Positions 1-9,491 of a DNA stretch of 31,354 nucleotides are shown here, one piece after another (within the stretch, counting starts at the first letter, position 1; every line of letters starts with the position of its first letter). This stretch comes from a virus. Lineage: Duplodnaviria > Heunggongvirae > Uroviricota > Caudoviricetes. The stretch is taken from IMG/VR virus record IMGVR_UViG_2531839531_000012; one strand, 5' to 3'. The position numbers and the translations under genes were made by a program. The notes under the pieces were generated by a model that saw only the letters and a list, made by a program, of their open reading frames with translations, was not told the origin of the DNA and ran no database searches.

Positions 1-837
1 TTTGACGATGAGGACAAAATCATCGGCATAGCGGCAGTACGCCACCGCGGGTTTCCACTGCCAGTTTTCTCTGACCGCCGTACTTCGGCCCCGTTGGATA
101 CTGTTATTCCAGTACCACCGATCTTTTCTGGCTTTCCCGCTCAGGTAGCGCTCATGCAGGTATTGATCGAACTCATTCAGCATGATGTTCGATAATAGCG
201 GCGATATAACACCGCCCTGTGGCACACCTTCACTGGCCGCCCGAAAGAGACCGACATCGATATGTCCCGCCTTGATGGTTTTCCACAGCAGAGTCATGAA
301 ACGTGCGTCACTGATCCTGCGGCGTACAGCCTTCATCAGCAGTCGATGATGTACGGTGTCGAAGTAACTGGACAGGTCGCCTTCAATCACCCAGCGTCCC
401 CGGGTTTCACCACAGTCTGTGAGCTGTAATTTCACCGTGCGGATAGCGTGGTGGACACTGCGCTCAGGCCGGAAGCCATATGAGAGTGTATGAAAATCAC
501 TCTCCCATTTCGGCTCCATCGCCATCAGCATGGCCCGCTGAACAATACGATCCCGCAACGCGGGGATACCCAGTGGTCGCAGTTTGCCGTTGCTTTTAGG
601 GATGTAAACCCGTCTGGCGGGCAAGGGCTGGTAGTGGCCTGAGAGTAATTCATCCCTGAGGATTTGCAGCTCAACAGCCAGTCTGGCCTGTAGCATTGTT
701 TTGTTCACGCCATCAACGCCGGGGGTATGGGCCCCCTTTGATGAAAGCGTGATCCGCGCCGCTTCAGCCAGCCATTCTGGTTTGTTATCAGACGCAGCAG
801 CCGTTGAATCCGTAGGGACGGATCGGTGACTGCCCAT
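1..837 (-). CDS. Group II intron reverse transcriptase/maturase, N-terminal 279 aa (3'-partial at window edge)
   Basis: My own minus-strand translation gives MGSHRS...KGAHTPGVDGVN...LRPLGIP...YGFRPERS...GDLSSYFDTV...PQGGVISPLLSNI...YADDFVLIVK, containing RT motifs including YADD. The ATG at 837 is the first in frame; an upstream GTG start is possible. Confidence 0.85.
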   Translation of the reverse strand, partial: MGSHRSVPTDSTAAASDNKPEWLAEAARITLSSKGAHTPGVDGVNKTMLQARLAVELQILRDELLSGHYQPLPARRVYIPKSNGKLRPLGIPALRDRIVQRAMLMAMEPKWESDFHTLSYGFRPERSVHHAIRTVKLQLTDCGETRGRWVIEGDLSSYFDTVHHRLLMKAVRRRISDARFMTLLWKTIKAGHIDVGLFRAASEGVPQGGVISPLLSNIMLNEFDQYLHERYLSGKARKDRWYWNNSIQRGRSTAVRENWQWKPAVAYCRYADDFVLIVK

Positions 838-1528
838 GTGGCAAGCTTGCGTTGCATTTCGCTGATTATCAAAGGTCTTCACCTCGTTAGGTCAGTTAAT
901 TCACGTCGCAAACACATTCAAACTGCTTCCCTTCGCCATGTAATGGGCTTTCCCCATCGCGGACTACTACGGAAGCTCCGCCAGCCAGCGCGTCATCGGA
1001 GCCATGCCCCCTTAACATCCGTCGCTGACCTTCCCCGGTTTACCTGCCTGGACTCAGGCATACTGAGGAGGCTGCCCGTCGCACTCTTTATCCTTGCTTG
1101 CCGCAAGTTGGCAGAAGTCAGCAACGCAAGCGTGATAGACGCTGCTGCCCCGGTGTTTCGCATACATGTCAAAACACCTTCGACCGGCAGTGCTTACGTA
1201 TTACTGCCAGTTCCTCCTGCACGGCCTGTCAGATCACGTAGGCCGTGGTGACGTTTTCAACCCACAGAGGCGGATTAACGGGTTCATGTTCTTCAGCCTT
1301 TCAGTACTTAACCTTGAGGATCATCTCGGCTTAGTGATCTCGCCTCAATCCCCGTTGTCAGCGGGTTACATCACCCTGCGGGCATGCCGCAGGTCACTGC
1401 CGCTCAGGTTCTCCACCGTCACACCCGGTGGGATTGTTGGGTTTCTCATCGTGAGTTACCGGTTCAATATTCCAGACAGACTCGCGGTTCATTTAAGCAT
1501 CCATGCCCGCCCTGAACTCCGGGCACAC
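1..1528 (-). mobile_element. Group II intron, 5' portion (RNA domains I-IV with intron-encoded protein ORF); 3' end lies beyond the window start
   Basis: Minus strand reads GTGTGCCC... immediately after IS orfB codons ...GDVTY (junction 1529|1528), a GUGYG-type 5' splice-site start. About 690 nt of structured non-coding RNA precede an RT ORF, the usual domain IV placement. Confidence 0.8.
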
Positions 1529-2218
<690 letters not shown>

Positions 2219-2290
2219 TATGGCACCTGTGTTGTTCTGAGGTGAGCATATCACCTCTGTTCAGGTGGCCAAATTCAGTAAACCACTTCA

Positions 2291-3071
2291 ATTTAAACAT
2301 CCTTCCTTGACGTGTGGATAGTTCGTCATAGAGCCATTTAGGAATCGGAACAGTTCTATTCTTCTTACCTTTGGTTTTGGTGAAGGTCAGCTTGTAGGGT
2401 GAGAGTTGAGCGCGTGTAAGCCTCTCGGCTTCTCCCCATCGTGCACCGGTTGCCAAACATACCTTAACAATCATCGTAAGATTTTCTTTGCCATATTGTT
2501 CACAGGCTCGGAACAGCTCCGGGAGCTGAGACAAAGTTAGCCAGGACATTTCTTTCTCAGCTTCTTTGAATACGCGAATCCCGTCCAGTGGATTGGGTAA
2601 ACTCCACTCCCCTAATCGTCGCAGTTCATTGAACACTGCTTCGAGGTATTGCTGCTCGCGATTGACAGTTATAGGTTTGGCGATCCACTTCGCCGGGTCT
2701 TTGTGATAGCCGTTGTCTATTTCGCCACGTAATCGACGGTCACGGTAATGAGCCCAATCTTTAGCGGTAAGACGAGATGCAATAGGGTCGCCCAACCCGT
2801 TACATACGATTTGAAGCTTTGCCAACCGCGACTTACTGGCTACTAACGCCTGACCGTGCAAATTGTGCCAAAGCTGAATAATCTCACTTAAGCGTCGGCG
2901 GTCTTCTTTCTTGCCGAGCCACGGCTTATCTTCACTCTCGCTTTTGGTAAATGCTTCGAATGCCTCGGCCTCACCTTTGGTATTGAATTGACGACGTATA
3001 CGCCGCCCTTCCCGGCCATTTGGATAAAGCTCACATAACCATTTACCATTTTTTTGCTTACTTACTGTCAT
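2291..3071 (-). pseudogene. int: P2/186-type tyrosine integrase, C-terminally truncated by the IS insertion
   Basis: N-terminal 260 aa (MTVSKQKNGKWLCELYPNGREGRRIRRQF...CLATGARWGEAERL...NRTVPIPKWLYDELSTRQGRMFK) has the P2 Int pattern. The segment normally carrying the catalytic H-x-x-R and Tyr is replaced by IS sequence from 2290 leftward. Confidence 0.8.
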
Positions 3072-3094
3072 AGCTACACCGAGGCCAAAAAATA

Positions 3095-3433
3095 TTATTC
3101 ACACAACGCTATAGCTTCACTGAAAATCGGGCCAATATCAGCGCTTTCTAATGAATCGTTAGGGTCTTTTTTAAGAACTTCTTTTAAATCTCGCCCTTCC
3201 ATTTTTCCTGATTTGACGGCGTTTTTAGCCATACCGCTTAGGGGGTATCGTTCATCCGTATCAATGTCATAAACAAAAACGTAGTGACTATTTACACAAG
3301 ATACCTTTGCATGCTCAAAGGTCAGCGGCCATTTATCACCAAAAGATTTAATATCAATCTCTTTGAACTTTTCAGCGGCAAAGGTTGAGGAAGAGAGTGC
3401 AATACAGATTATTCCAAATAAAAACTTTTTCAT
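3095..3433 (-). CDS. Small secreted protein with N-terminal signal peptide (possibly DUF2511/YebY-like); cargo gene between int and repressor
   Basis: 112 aa beginning MKKFLFGIICIALSSSTFAAE (hydrophobic signal peptide); two Cys in the mature part. AT-rich relative to the phage backbone. Confidence 0.6.
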   Translation of the reverse strand: MKKFLFGIICIALSSSTFAAEKFKEIDIKSFGDKWPLTFEHAKVSCVNSHYVFVYDIDTDERYPLSGMAKNAVKSGKMEGRDLKEVLKKDPNDSLESADIGPIFSEAIALCE

Positions 3434-3442
3434 TACTGCTCC

Positions 3443-4306
3443 TTAAACATGCTTTTCCAAGGTAAAGATAACTGCACCTGATGGTGTGATATCAGAGAGA
3501 TTACATTCAAACTCAGCAGACTTATTTGATAGCCTGACCTTTCCACCTGGCATTCTGATTACGTCAAAAATATCGAGCGCACCATCAATGCCAATAAGCC
3601 AACGACCATTTCCTATCTTTGAGTTAGAACAATCAACAAGCCAAGATGCGCCAACTCCATCAATAAAGACCAACTCATCAATGTTTGCAGGAACCATTGA
3701 AAGGTCTGGAGTCCAACGCCCAATATCTTTTAACTCACCAGCTTCAAGACGACATTTTCTTACTGTTAAGGCGTTAAGTGATTCACCCTCTTTGCTGTCT
3801 CGCATTTGGCCTTTTCCTGTAGATAGCCACTCTAACGATACGCCAGTATCGAGTGCGCAGGTCACAACCACATCGCCAGGGAAGAAGTCACGCCTAACCC
3901 AAGTGCTAATAGTACCGGAAGAAATACCTAATAAATCACCAAGCTCTTTTTGCATCGTAAAACCATAAGCATCCAGAATCCTACGCAAAACGGTTTTACC
4001 GCCGTTCGTCATAATCTCGTCATAAAGCTCTTTGCCTTTTAACTTGCAACCGACTCGCCCATGATTTGCATTTGCAAGCTCACCACTTACAAGCCAATTA
4101 ATATCAGCGCCCGTGTCAAGACAACACCTAACTATGATGTTGCCAGGTATTGCATCGCGTTGAACCCAGCCGCTAACGCTATGTTTCGCGATTCCTAGCA
4201 GGTCAGCCAAATCCTTTTGCATCTTGACGCCATAGGCTGACATTAAGCGCTCTAATACGCCATTTGACGCACCTATGCGCCACTGAACATCAAGCTCAGA
4301 ACTCAT
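3443..4306 (-). CDS. CI-like immunity repressor with two tandem 186-CI-type HTH domains and a C-terminal oligomerisation-like domain
   Basis: Two homologous segments (LERLMSAYGVKMQKDLADLLGIAKHSVSGWVQRDAIPG... and LRRILDAYGFTMQKELGDLLGISSGTISTWVRRDFFPG...). Position and orientation are those of the immunity repressor, divergent from the early operon. Confidence 0.7.
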   Translation of the reverse strand: MSSELDVQWRIGASNGVLERLMSAYGVKMQKDLADLLGIAKHSVSGWVQRDAIPGNIIVRCCLDTGADINWLVSGELANANHGRVGCKLKGKELYDEIMTNGGKTVLRRILDAYGFTMQKELGDLLGISSGTISTWVRRDFFPGDVVVTCALDTGVSLEWLSTGKGQMRDSKEGESLNALTVRKCRLEAGELKDIGRWTPDLSMVPANIDELVFIDGVGASWLVDCSNSKIGNGRWLIGIDGALDIFDVIRMPGGKVRLSNKSAEFECNLSDITPSGAVIFTLEKHV

Positions 4307-4335
4307 AAAAACCCCTACAGATAATTTTATGGGTG

Positions 4336-4364
4336 TTTACAGAAAACTTTTTACGATCTATAGT
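4336..4364 (+). promoter_or_regulatory. Putative early rightward promoter (TTTACA-17 bp-TATAGT)
   Basis: -35 TTTACA at 4336-4341 and -10 TATAGT at 4359-4364, 17-bp spacer, about 60 bp upstream of the first early gene. Direct repeats TACAGAtAAtTTT (4316) and TACAGAaAAcTTTT (4338) flank and overlap the -35. Confidence 0.5.
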
Positions 4365-4427
4365 GGCACTTATCGACCAAGATGCACACCACTGCACTAC
4401 ATTTCAAACAACAGGAGATAATGCGAT

Positions 4428-4781
4428 ATGTCAGATGCAAAATCAATCCCGCTGCATGACGCACAAAACTTACAAAATCAAACTGTATTGCTAGACGCTG
4501 GTCAGTTCAATGCGCTTGTAACCATGATGCAGCTATCCATGCAAAACATGATTCGTACAGCGATGTTAGACACCATGTCAGTAAAAGACTTCGCTGCCGC
4601 CCGTGGCGTTAGCGAGCGTCTGGTCTGGCAATGGATTGATGAGGGCGTCCTTCTCAAAGCTCCCACCAAAGATGTTACCAGCAAAGAAAAAGCCGCTAAG
4701 CGTGGCCGCACCCTTATCAACGTCAAAGCATGGCGTGACAAACTGACCCAGCAAGCTATCGATTGCCGTTATATCAACTAA
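4428..4781 (+). CDS. HTH protein, first gene of the early operon; positional analog of Apl/Cox excisionase-regulator
   Basis: 117 aa. AGGAGA RBS 9 nt upstream. HTH-like segment MSVKDFAAARGVSERLVWQWIDEG. Function assigned by synteny only. Confidence 0.5.
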   Translation: MSDAKSIPLHDAQNLQNQTVLLDAGQFNALVTMMQLSMQNMIRTAMLDTMSVKDFAAARGVSERLVWQWIDEGVLLKAPTKDVTSKEKAAKRGRTLINVKAWRDKLTQQAIDCRYIN

Positions 4782-4831
4782 CAGTCATCGCTTAACTGAA
4801 CTTGATTTTGCAAGTTAAAGGGAGTTACAGC

Positions 4832-5341
4832 ATGTTAGATTTTCGTGTTTCGTCACATGCGCACTTTGACGAGGCCTGCAGAAAATTCGCAGCTACTCAT
4901 AACGTGAAAGAACTAGCGAATAAAGCCGGAATCAAGCCGCATACGCTTTACAACAAACTCAACCCAGAACAGCCGCACCAGTTAACGCCGCGTGAAATCT
5001 GGACGCTGACAGACTTGACCGAAGACTCGACCCTCGTCGATGGTTTTCTGGCGCAGATCCATTGTCTGCCATGCGTACCGGTCAACGAACTGGCAAAAGA
5101 GAAACTGCAATCCTACGTCATGCGCGCAATGAGTGAACTTGGCGAACTGGCAAGCGGTGCAGTTTCCGACGACCGCCTCACGCCAGCCAGAAAACAAAAC
5201 ATGATTGCTAGCGTAAATGCGGGGATTCGCATGTTGTCATTATCGGCAATGGCGCTGCATGCGCGTCTGCAAACTAATCCCGCTATGTCGAGCGTGGTCG
5301 ATACCATGAGCGGTATTGGTGCATCCTTCGGGTTGATTTGA
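4832..5341 (+). CDS. cII: CII-like lysogeny-establishment regulator (phage 186 CII type)
   Basis: 169 aa from the internal Met (MLDFRVSSHAHFDEACRKFAATHN...LNPEQPHQLTPREIWTLTDLTEDSTLVDGFLAQIHCLPCVP...). AAAGGGAG RBS. Resembles recalled 186 CII in sequence and length. Confidence 0.7.
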   Translation: MLDFRVSSHAHFDEACRKFAATHNVKELANKAGIKPHTLYNKLNPEQPHQLTPREIWTLTDLTEDSTLVDGFLAQIHCLPCVPVNELAKEKLQSYVMRAMSELGELASGAVSDDRLTPARKQNMIASVNAGIRMLSLSAMALHARLQTNPAMSSVVDTMSGIGASFGLI

Positions 5342-5348
5342 GGTGCGT

Positions 5349-5576
5349 ATGCTGAAAAATGAACCCTCATTCGCATCTCTGCTCGTTAAGCAAAGTCCAG
5401 GCATGCATTACGGTCACGGCTGGATCGCGGGTAAAGATGGTAAGCGCTGGCACCCGTGCCGCTCTCAGTCCGAATTATTAAAAGGGCTGAAATCTAAGCA
5501 GTCGAAGTCGTCAGGCTTTTTAATTATTCGTATTGTCCACTTTATTGTTAAAGGGATTAAGCATGTCACGCGATGA
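5349..5576 (+). CDS. Hypothetical small early protein (positional analog of 186 fil / P2 orf78)
   Basis: 75 aa. GAGGTG RBS. Follows cII directly. Confidence 0.4.
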   Translation: MLKNEPSFASLLVKQSPGMHYGHGWIAGKDGKRWHPCRSQSELLKGLKSKQSKSSGFLIIRIVHFIVKGIKHVTR

Positions 5577-5763
5577 ATTAAGAATTGTTTTAGGAGCCAT
5601 GATTCCGAATATGGAAGACGGTTTTGAAATTAAAACCCGCGACGGTGCAATACTTCGTGTTGACCCTGAGTGGGAATGCTGCAAAGAGTTTAAGGATGGC
5701 CTGAAAGCTGAAATTATCAGCCAGTTAAAAAGTAAACCTGCCGTTGTATTTGGCTATAGCTAA
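5563..5763 (+). CDS. Hypothetical early protein
   Basis: 66 aa from the internal Met (MSRDELRIVLGAMIPNMEDGFEIKTRDG...). AAGGGA RBS. Followed by an AT-rich inverted repeat and a weak hairpin. Confidence 0.45.
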   Translation: MSRDELRIVLGAMIPNMEDGFEIKTRDGAILRVDPEWECCKEFKDGLKAEIISQLKSKPAVVFGYS

Positions 5764-5787
5764 TTAATCACAATTAATTATCTGGCG

Positions 5788-5810
5788 TAAACCCGCCGGG
5801 CTTTTTATTG
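5788..5810 (+). terminator. Weak candidate intrinsic terminator/attenuator
   Basis: aaaCCCgccGGGcttttt: short GC stem followed by a T-run. Preceded by inverted repeat TAATTAAT-caca-ATTAATTA (5761-5780). Confidence 0.3.
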
Positions 5811-5832
5811 CCCGAAATCAAGAGAGTCAATT

Positions 5833-6060
5833 ATGCGTAATACCGAATCACGTGGTTTTAACACTGATAGCGATGCGCTGGCCGTATTGCTGACCGATGC
5901 AAAAAAAGAAGAGCGTAAAGACCGTGCGCTCGCTGTTTCCATCCGCCTTGAGGCGCTGGCTATCCATATCACCAAAGAGGGTATGAGCGGCACCGAAGCT
6001 GCCGAATTGCTGCGCCGTGAAGCAACCCGCTTTGAGAATGAATCACAGGAGCTGCACTAA
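5833..6060 (+). CDS. Hypothetical early protein
   Basis: 75 aa. RBS AAGAGAG. Charged helical composition. Confidence 0.5.
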   Translation: MRNTESRGFNTDSDALAVLLTDAKKEERKDRALAVSIRLEALAIHITKEGMSGTEAAELLRREATRFENESQELH

Positions 6061-6281
6061 TGACTGACGCAATGGATTTAGCACAACAGCGCGAGCAGGA
6101 AGACCGCGAGCGGCACATCAACACCGCACGCAGTCGCACCGTAGCGCCCTCTCGTTTTCTCTGCGAAGAATGCGACGCACCAATCCCGGAAGCACGCCGC
6201 GCTGCAATTCCGGGTGTGGCGTTTTGCGTGACGTGTCAACAAATCAATGAGCTCAAATCTAAGCATTACAGGGGCGTGTGA
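6060..6281 (+). CDS. TraR/DksA-family C4 zinc-finger protein
   Basis: 73 aa with CEECDAPIPEARRAAIPGVAFCVTCQ (C-x2-C...C-x2-C). Same position as the TraR-like ORF upstream of A in P2-family phages. Confidence 0.8.
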   Translation: MTDAMDLAQQREQEDRERHINTARSRTVAPSRFLCEECDAPIPEARRAAIPGVAFCVTCQQINELKSKHYRGV

Positions 6282-6326
6282 TGGGCGAAAGCGCGTCTGA
6301 GGTTATCAACTGGAGCTGGCCATCGT

Positions 6327-8552
6327 ATGACAAAATATACTTTTGCTTTTCCGTGGAATGCCCCACGGTCGGCAATAGTCAGTCCATATCTTACCTACGA
6401 CCAACAGTATCGCCGCGACCGTATGTTCGCGGCTTTGCTGCATGCGAAAAAGGTGCTTTCTCTCCAGCCCGACTGCGTGCGGTTAGATGTTTATCGCACT
6501 GCTGCGGTGCTGGAGCAAAATCAGGGCAGTCAACGAACCAATGCCTTTTTAATCAGCTTCTGCAAAAAGGAATTGCCGCGTCTTGAACTGGTCGCAAAAA
6601 AATACGAATGCGCGGGTATCAACAGCAATGTATCAACCGCTGTTTTTGGAGGTCATTTTGATACCCAGCTTATGCAATATCTGGCGTCTCGCATGGTTAA
6701 TATGGTCGCCCGATATAACCGCCTCCCGGACATGTCGCGCGCTGATGTTGACCTGTTGGCCGCTGATATTGCTAATTTCATTCGTGGTGAACTTGCCAAC
6801 ATTGATGACAACGGATTCGGCGAGCTTAAAACGCTGTACACCTGGTATATCCGTGCTGGCTTTATTTCCCTCCAATTCAACGTTATCCCACCACATTGGG
6901 ATCGGGTTGCAAAAAAATATGTCGGCGCGGATGAAATCGCACCGGCTATCGCCAAGATGTTTAACGATGGGTGGTGGCGTGGTCGTTTGCGCCGTGTTGC
7001 GGCTACTTGGCGCGAACACCTGCAAATTGCAGTCGGCAACGTCAGCAAGAAAAAAAACACCTACGCGAGTAAAAACTGCGTGACTGACTGGCGTGAACAA
7101 AAGCGCCGCACTCGTGAATTTCTCAAAGGTCTGGATCTCGAAGACGAAGACGGCAACCGTATCAGCCTGATTGAAAAATATGATGGCTCAGTTGCTAACC
7201 CTGCCATTCGCCGCTGTGAGCTCATGACCCGCATTCGTGGGTTTGAAAACATCTGTAATGAGCTCGGTTATGTTGGTGAGTTTTACACTCTAACCGCGCC
7301 GTCAAAATATCACGCCACGACTAAAGCCGGGTACCGTAACAGCAAATGGAGCGGTGCTAGCCCGGCTGACACGCAAAACTATCTAACCGGTATCTGGGCG
7401 CGTATCCGTGCCAAACTGCATCGGGAAGATGTCCGTATTTTCGGTATTCGTGTCGCCGAACCCCATCACGACGGCACTCCACACTGGCACATACTGATGT
7501 TCATGCTGCCGGAAGATGTTGAATATGTTCGATCCATCGTCCGTAAATACGCATGGAAAGAAGACCGCCACGAACTGAAAAGCGATAAAGCCAAAAAAGC
7601 ACGTTTCCACGCCGAGGCCATTGACCCGGAGAAAGGCAGCGCAACCGGCTATGTTGCTAAATACATCTCAAAAAATATCGACGGTTATGCTCTCGATGGT
7701 GAAACCGATGATGAAAGTGGTGAACTGCTGAAAGAGACAGCCCCCGCCGTTTCAGCATGGGCAGCGCGCTGGCACATCCGTCAGTTTCAGTTTATCGGTG
7801 GTGCGCCGGTGACGGTCTACCGTGAGTTGCGTCGCCTCGCTGATACCGAAACCGCGCACGGCCTGAGCGTTGAGTTTGCCGCCGTCCATGATGCCGCCGA
7901 CGCAGGTGACTGGGCTGGTTATGTTAATGCGCAGGGTGGGCCGTTTGTCCGTCGCGATGATTTACAGGTGCGTACACTGTATGAACCCCGTACCGAGCTT
8001 AATCAGTACGGTGAGGAAACGGTATGTATTAAGGGGGTCTACGATTCCTCCATAGGTGCAGGAAGCCCGATTTTAACCAGGCTTACTCAGTGGAAGATTG
8101 TTCCGAAGCGTGCTGTTGATTTGGCCGTTGACCTTCAGGACGGCAAAGCCGTCCCTCGGAGTTCTGTCAATAACTGTACGGGAAGCGAAAGCGATCCACC
8201 GATACTGGATTTAACAAAACCACTGAGTCGGCGTGAAAGACGAGAATTGACCAACCGACTCAGGAAGCAAAAGCCAGCAGCACGGCGAAAATTCATCCAC
8301 GGAACGGATGAGCAAAACGCAGCTATAGCTAAAACTATCGACGAAATACATCTGACAACCGGCATTAATATCAGCCGGGGCGAAGCCCTGCACCTGATGG
8401 CCGGTGGTAAAAGTTGTTTTGATGGTAAATGGCTACGCGGAACGGCCAAAGGAGAAATATTTTCCGCAGCACCATCGCATGAGGCTAAAGCTCGGAAAAT
8501 CCTTAATCGTGTTGCGGCGATGGCTGAAGCATCAAAACCAATACATAAGTAA
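6327..8552 (+). CDS. A: Replication initiation protein gpA (rolling-circle nicking endonuclease)
   Basis: 741 aa. Contains HWHILMF and YVAKYISK (active-site Tyr region). GGAG-type RBS. Confidence 0.9.
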   Translation: MTKYTFAFPWNAPRSAIVSPYLTYDQQYRRDRMFAALLHAKKVLSLQPDCVRLDVYRTAAVLEQNQGSQRTNAFLISFCKKELPRLELVAKKYECAGINSNVSTAVFGGHFDTQLMQYLASRMVNMVARYNRLPDMSRADVDLLAADIANFIRGELANIDDNGFGELKTLYTWYIRAGFISLQFNVIPPHWDRVAKKYVGADEIAPAIAKMFNDGWWRGRLRRVAATWREHLQIAVGNVSKKKNTYASKNCVTDWREQKRRTREFLKGLDLEDEDGNRISLIEKYDGSVANPAIRRCELMTRIRGFENICNELGYVGEFYTLTAPSKYHATTKAGYRNSKWSGASPADTQNYLTGIWARIRAKLHREDVRIFGIRVAEPHHDGTPHWHILMFMLPEDVEYVRSIVRKYAWKEDRHELKSDKAKKARFHAEAIDPEKGSATGYVAKYISKNIDGYALDGETDDESGELLKETAPAVSAWAARWHIRQFQFIGGAPVTVYRELRRLADTETAHGLSVEFAAVHDAADAGDWAGYVNAQGGPFVRRDDLQVRTLYEPRTELNQYGEETVCIKGVYDSSIGAGSPILTRLTQWKIVPKRAVDLAVDLQDGKAVPRSSVNNCTGSESDPPILDLTKPLSRRERRELTNRLRKQKPAARRKFIHGTDEQNAAIAKTIDEIHLTTGINISRGEALHLMAGGKSCFDGKWLRGTAKGEIFSAAPSHEAKARKILNRVAAMAEASKPIHK

Positions 8553-8626
8553 TTCATATCCATATCATGCACATACAGCAATCGCTCTATTCGTTTTTTT
8601 TCTTCCCATCTTTTGCCAATACGTGC

Positions 8627-8646
8627 TACTGTATAAATATACAGTA
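8627..8646 (+). promoter_or_regulatory. LexA (SOS) box overlapping a putative promoter
   Basis: TACTGTATAAATATACAGTA matches the CTGT-N8-ACAG consensus at 19 of 20 positions. TTGCCA lies upstream at 8613-8618 and TATAAA/TATACA overlaps the box. Confidence 0.75.
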
Positions 8647-8665
8647 ACCCTATGGGAGGGATTTC

Positions 8666-8848
8666 ATGGTTGGCGAACATTTCAGCCGAACGCAGCAAAA
8701 GTGGGCTTGTGTGCAATTTATTGCCGAGGTATCTCTGATTGCAAACTGCAAGCCATCAGACTTAAAGCTCGCGCTCACTCTCATTGCAGACCTAGCAAAC
8801 AGCGAAAATAACGAAACCGAAGATGATAATTTTTATAAGGCTGATTAG
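8666..8848 (+). CDS. Small SOS-controlled protein; possible Tum-like antirepressor N-terminal module
   Basis: 60 aa. GGGAGGG RBS 5 nt upstream. 20 bp downstream of the LexA box. Ends at TAG in the same frame as the following DinI-like ORF. Confidence 0.5.
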   Translation: MVGEHFSRTQQKWACVQFIAEVSLIANCKPSDLKLALTLIADLANSENNETEDDNFYKAD

Positions 8849-8851
8849 ATT

Positions 8852-9085
8852 ATGAGAATCAATATCACGTTGGATAAAGAGCAAAAAATTAGTCAGGCAA
8901 CGTTGGATGCACTTGAGGCTGAGCTGTACCGCAATCTTCAACCTATTTACCCAAAGACTGCTATCCGCATTCGTAAGGGCTCAGCTAATGGCGTTGAGTT
9001 AAGCGGTTTGAAACTGGACGAAGATAAAAAACGAGTAATGGAAATCATGCAGCAGGTATGGGAGGACGATAGCTGGCTGCATTAA
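8852..9085 (+). CDS. DinI-family protein
   Basis: 77 aa (MRINITLDKEQKISQATLDALEAELYRNLQ...DEDKKRVMEIMQQVWEDDSWLH), collinear with recalled E. coli DinI (MRIEVT...DALAGEL...EDKQRISEILQETWE...W). Confidence 0.8.
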   Translation: MRINITLDKEQKISQATLDALEAELYRNLQPIYPKTAIRIRKGSANGVELSGLKLDEDKKRVMEIMQQVWEDDSWLH

Positions 9086-9088
9086 CAA

Positions 9089-9165
9089 ACGCCGTCGGTG
9101 CTGAATCTTGCTTTCAGTGCTGGCGGGGTTGAAACTGGCTCCGAGAGGTGTTAGTTCTACCTTTC
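9089..9165. repeat. Copy 1 of a ~75-bp imperfect direct repeat (immediately 3' of the DinI-like gene)
   Basis: AACGCCGTCGGTGCTGAATCTTGCTTTCAGTGCTGGCGGGGTTGAA...GTTAGT aligns with 9492-9568 at roughly 80% identity. Confidence 0.6.
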
Positions 9166-9278
9166 AAACTTTCTCGATGTTTTATTGGTTACACACCGGT
9201 GATTAATGGGACGTTACCTTAGAGGATTTTATAGTGGCGCTTTGACAGCACTGAATAAAATTCATTGAGGGCGATAAT

Positions 9279-9488
9279 ATGCATCGACTACCGGGCGAAA
9301 TTCCGCAGCACAAAACTAAAAGCATAAAACTGATGGCTATCGTTCATCGCTTGCAGACGATAATGGTCAATGAGAACCTGACGCCAGCGGAATTGGTCGG
9401 GTGTGCAGAAATAGTCAGGGATAACTACGATAAGCTGAACGATATCAGCAGGCCGACACAATATGCGCCACCACCATGTCGAAGATAG
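9279..9488 (+). CDS. Hypothetical protein (69 aa) flanked by the direct repeats
   Basis: GAGGG RBS 8 nt upstream. No recognisable motifs. Confidence 0.45.
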   Translation: MHRLPGEIPQHKTKSIKLMAIVHRLQTIMVNENLTPAELVGCAEIVRDNYDKLNDISRPTQYAPPPCRR

Positions 9489-9491
9489 CGA

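Noticed and set aside
6278-7100. ORFs 6278..6586, 6583..7083 (+) and 6633..7100, 6653..7060 (-) overlapping gene A
   Set aside because: Alternative-frame or antisense ORFs inside the confidently identified gpA coding region. Typical GC-rich frame artefacts.
8135-8811. ORFs 8135..8716 (-) and 8404..8811 (+)
   Set aside because: They overlap the 3' end of A, the LexA-box promoter and the small SOS-controlled ORF in conflicting frames or strands. No independent support.
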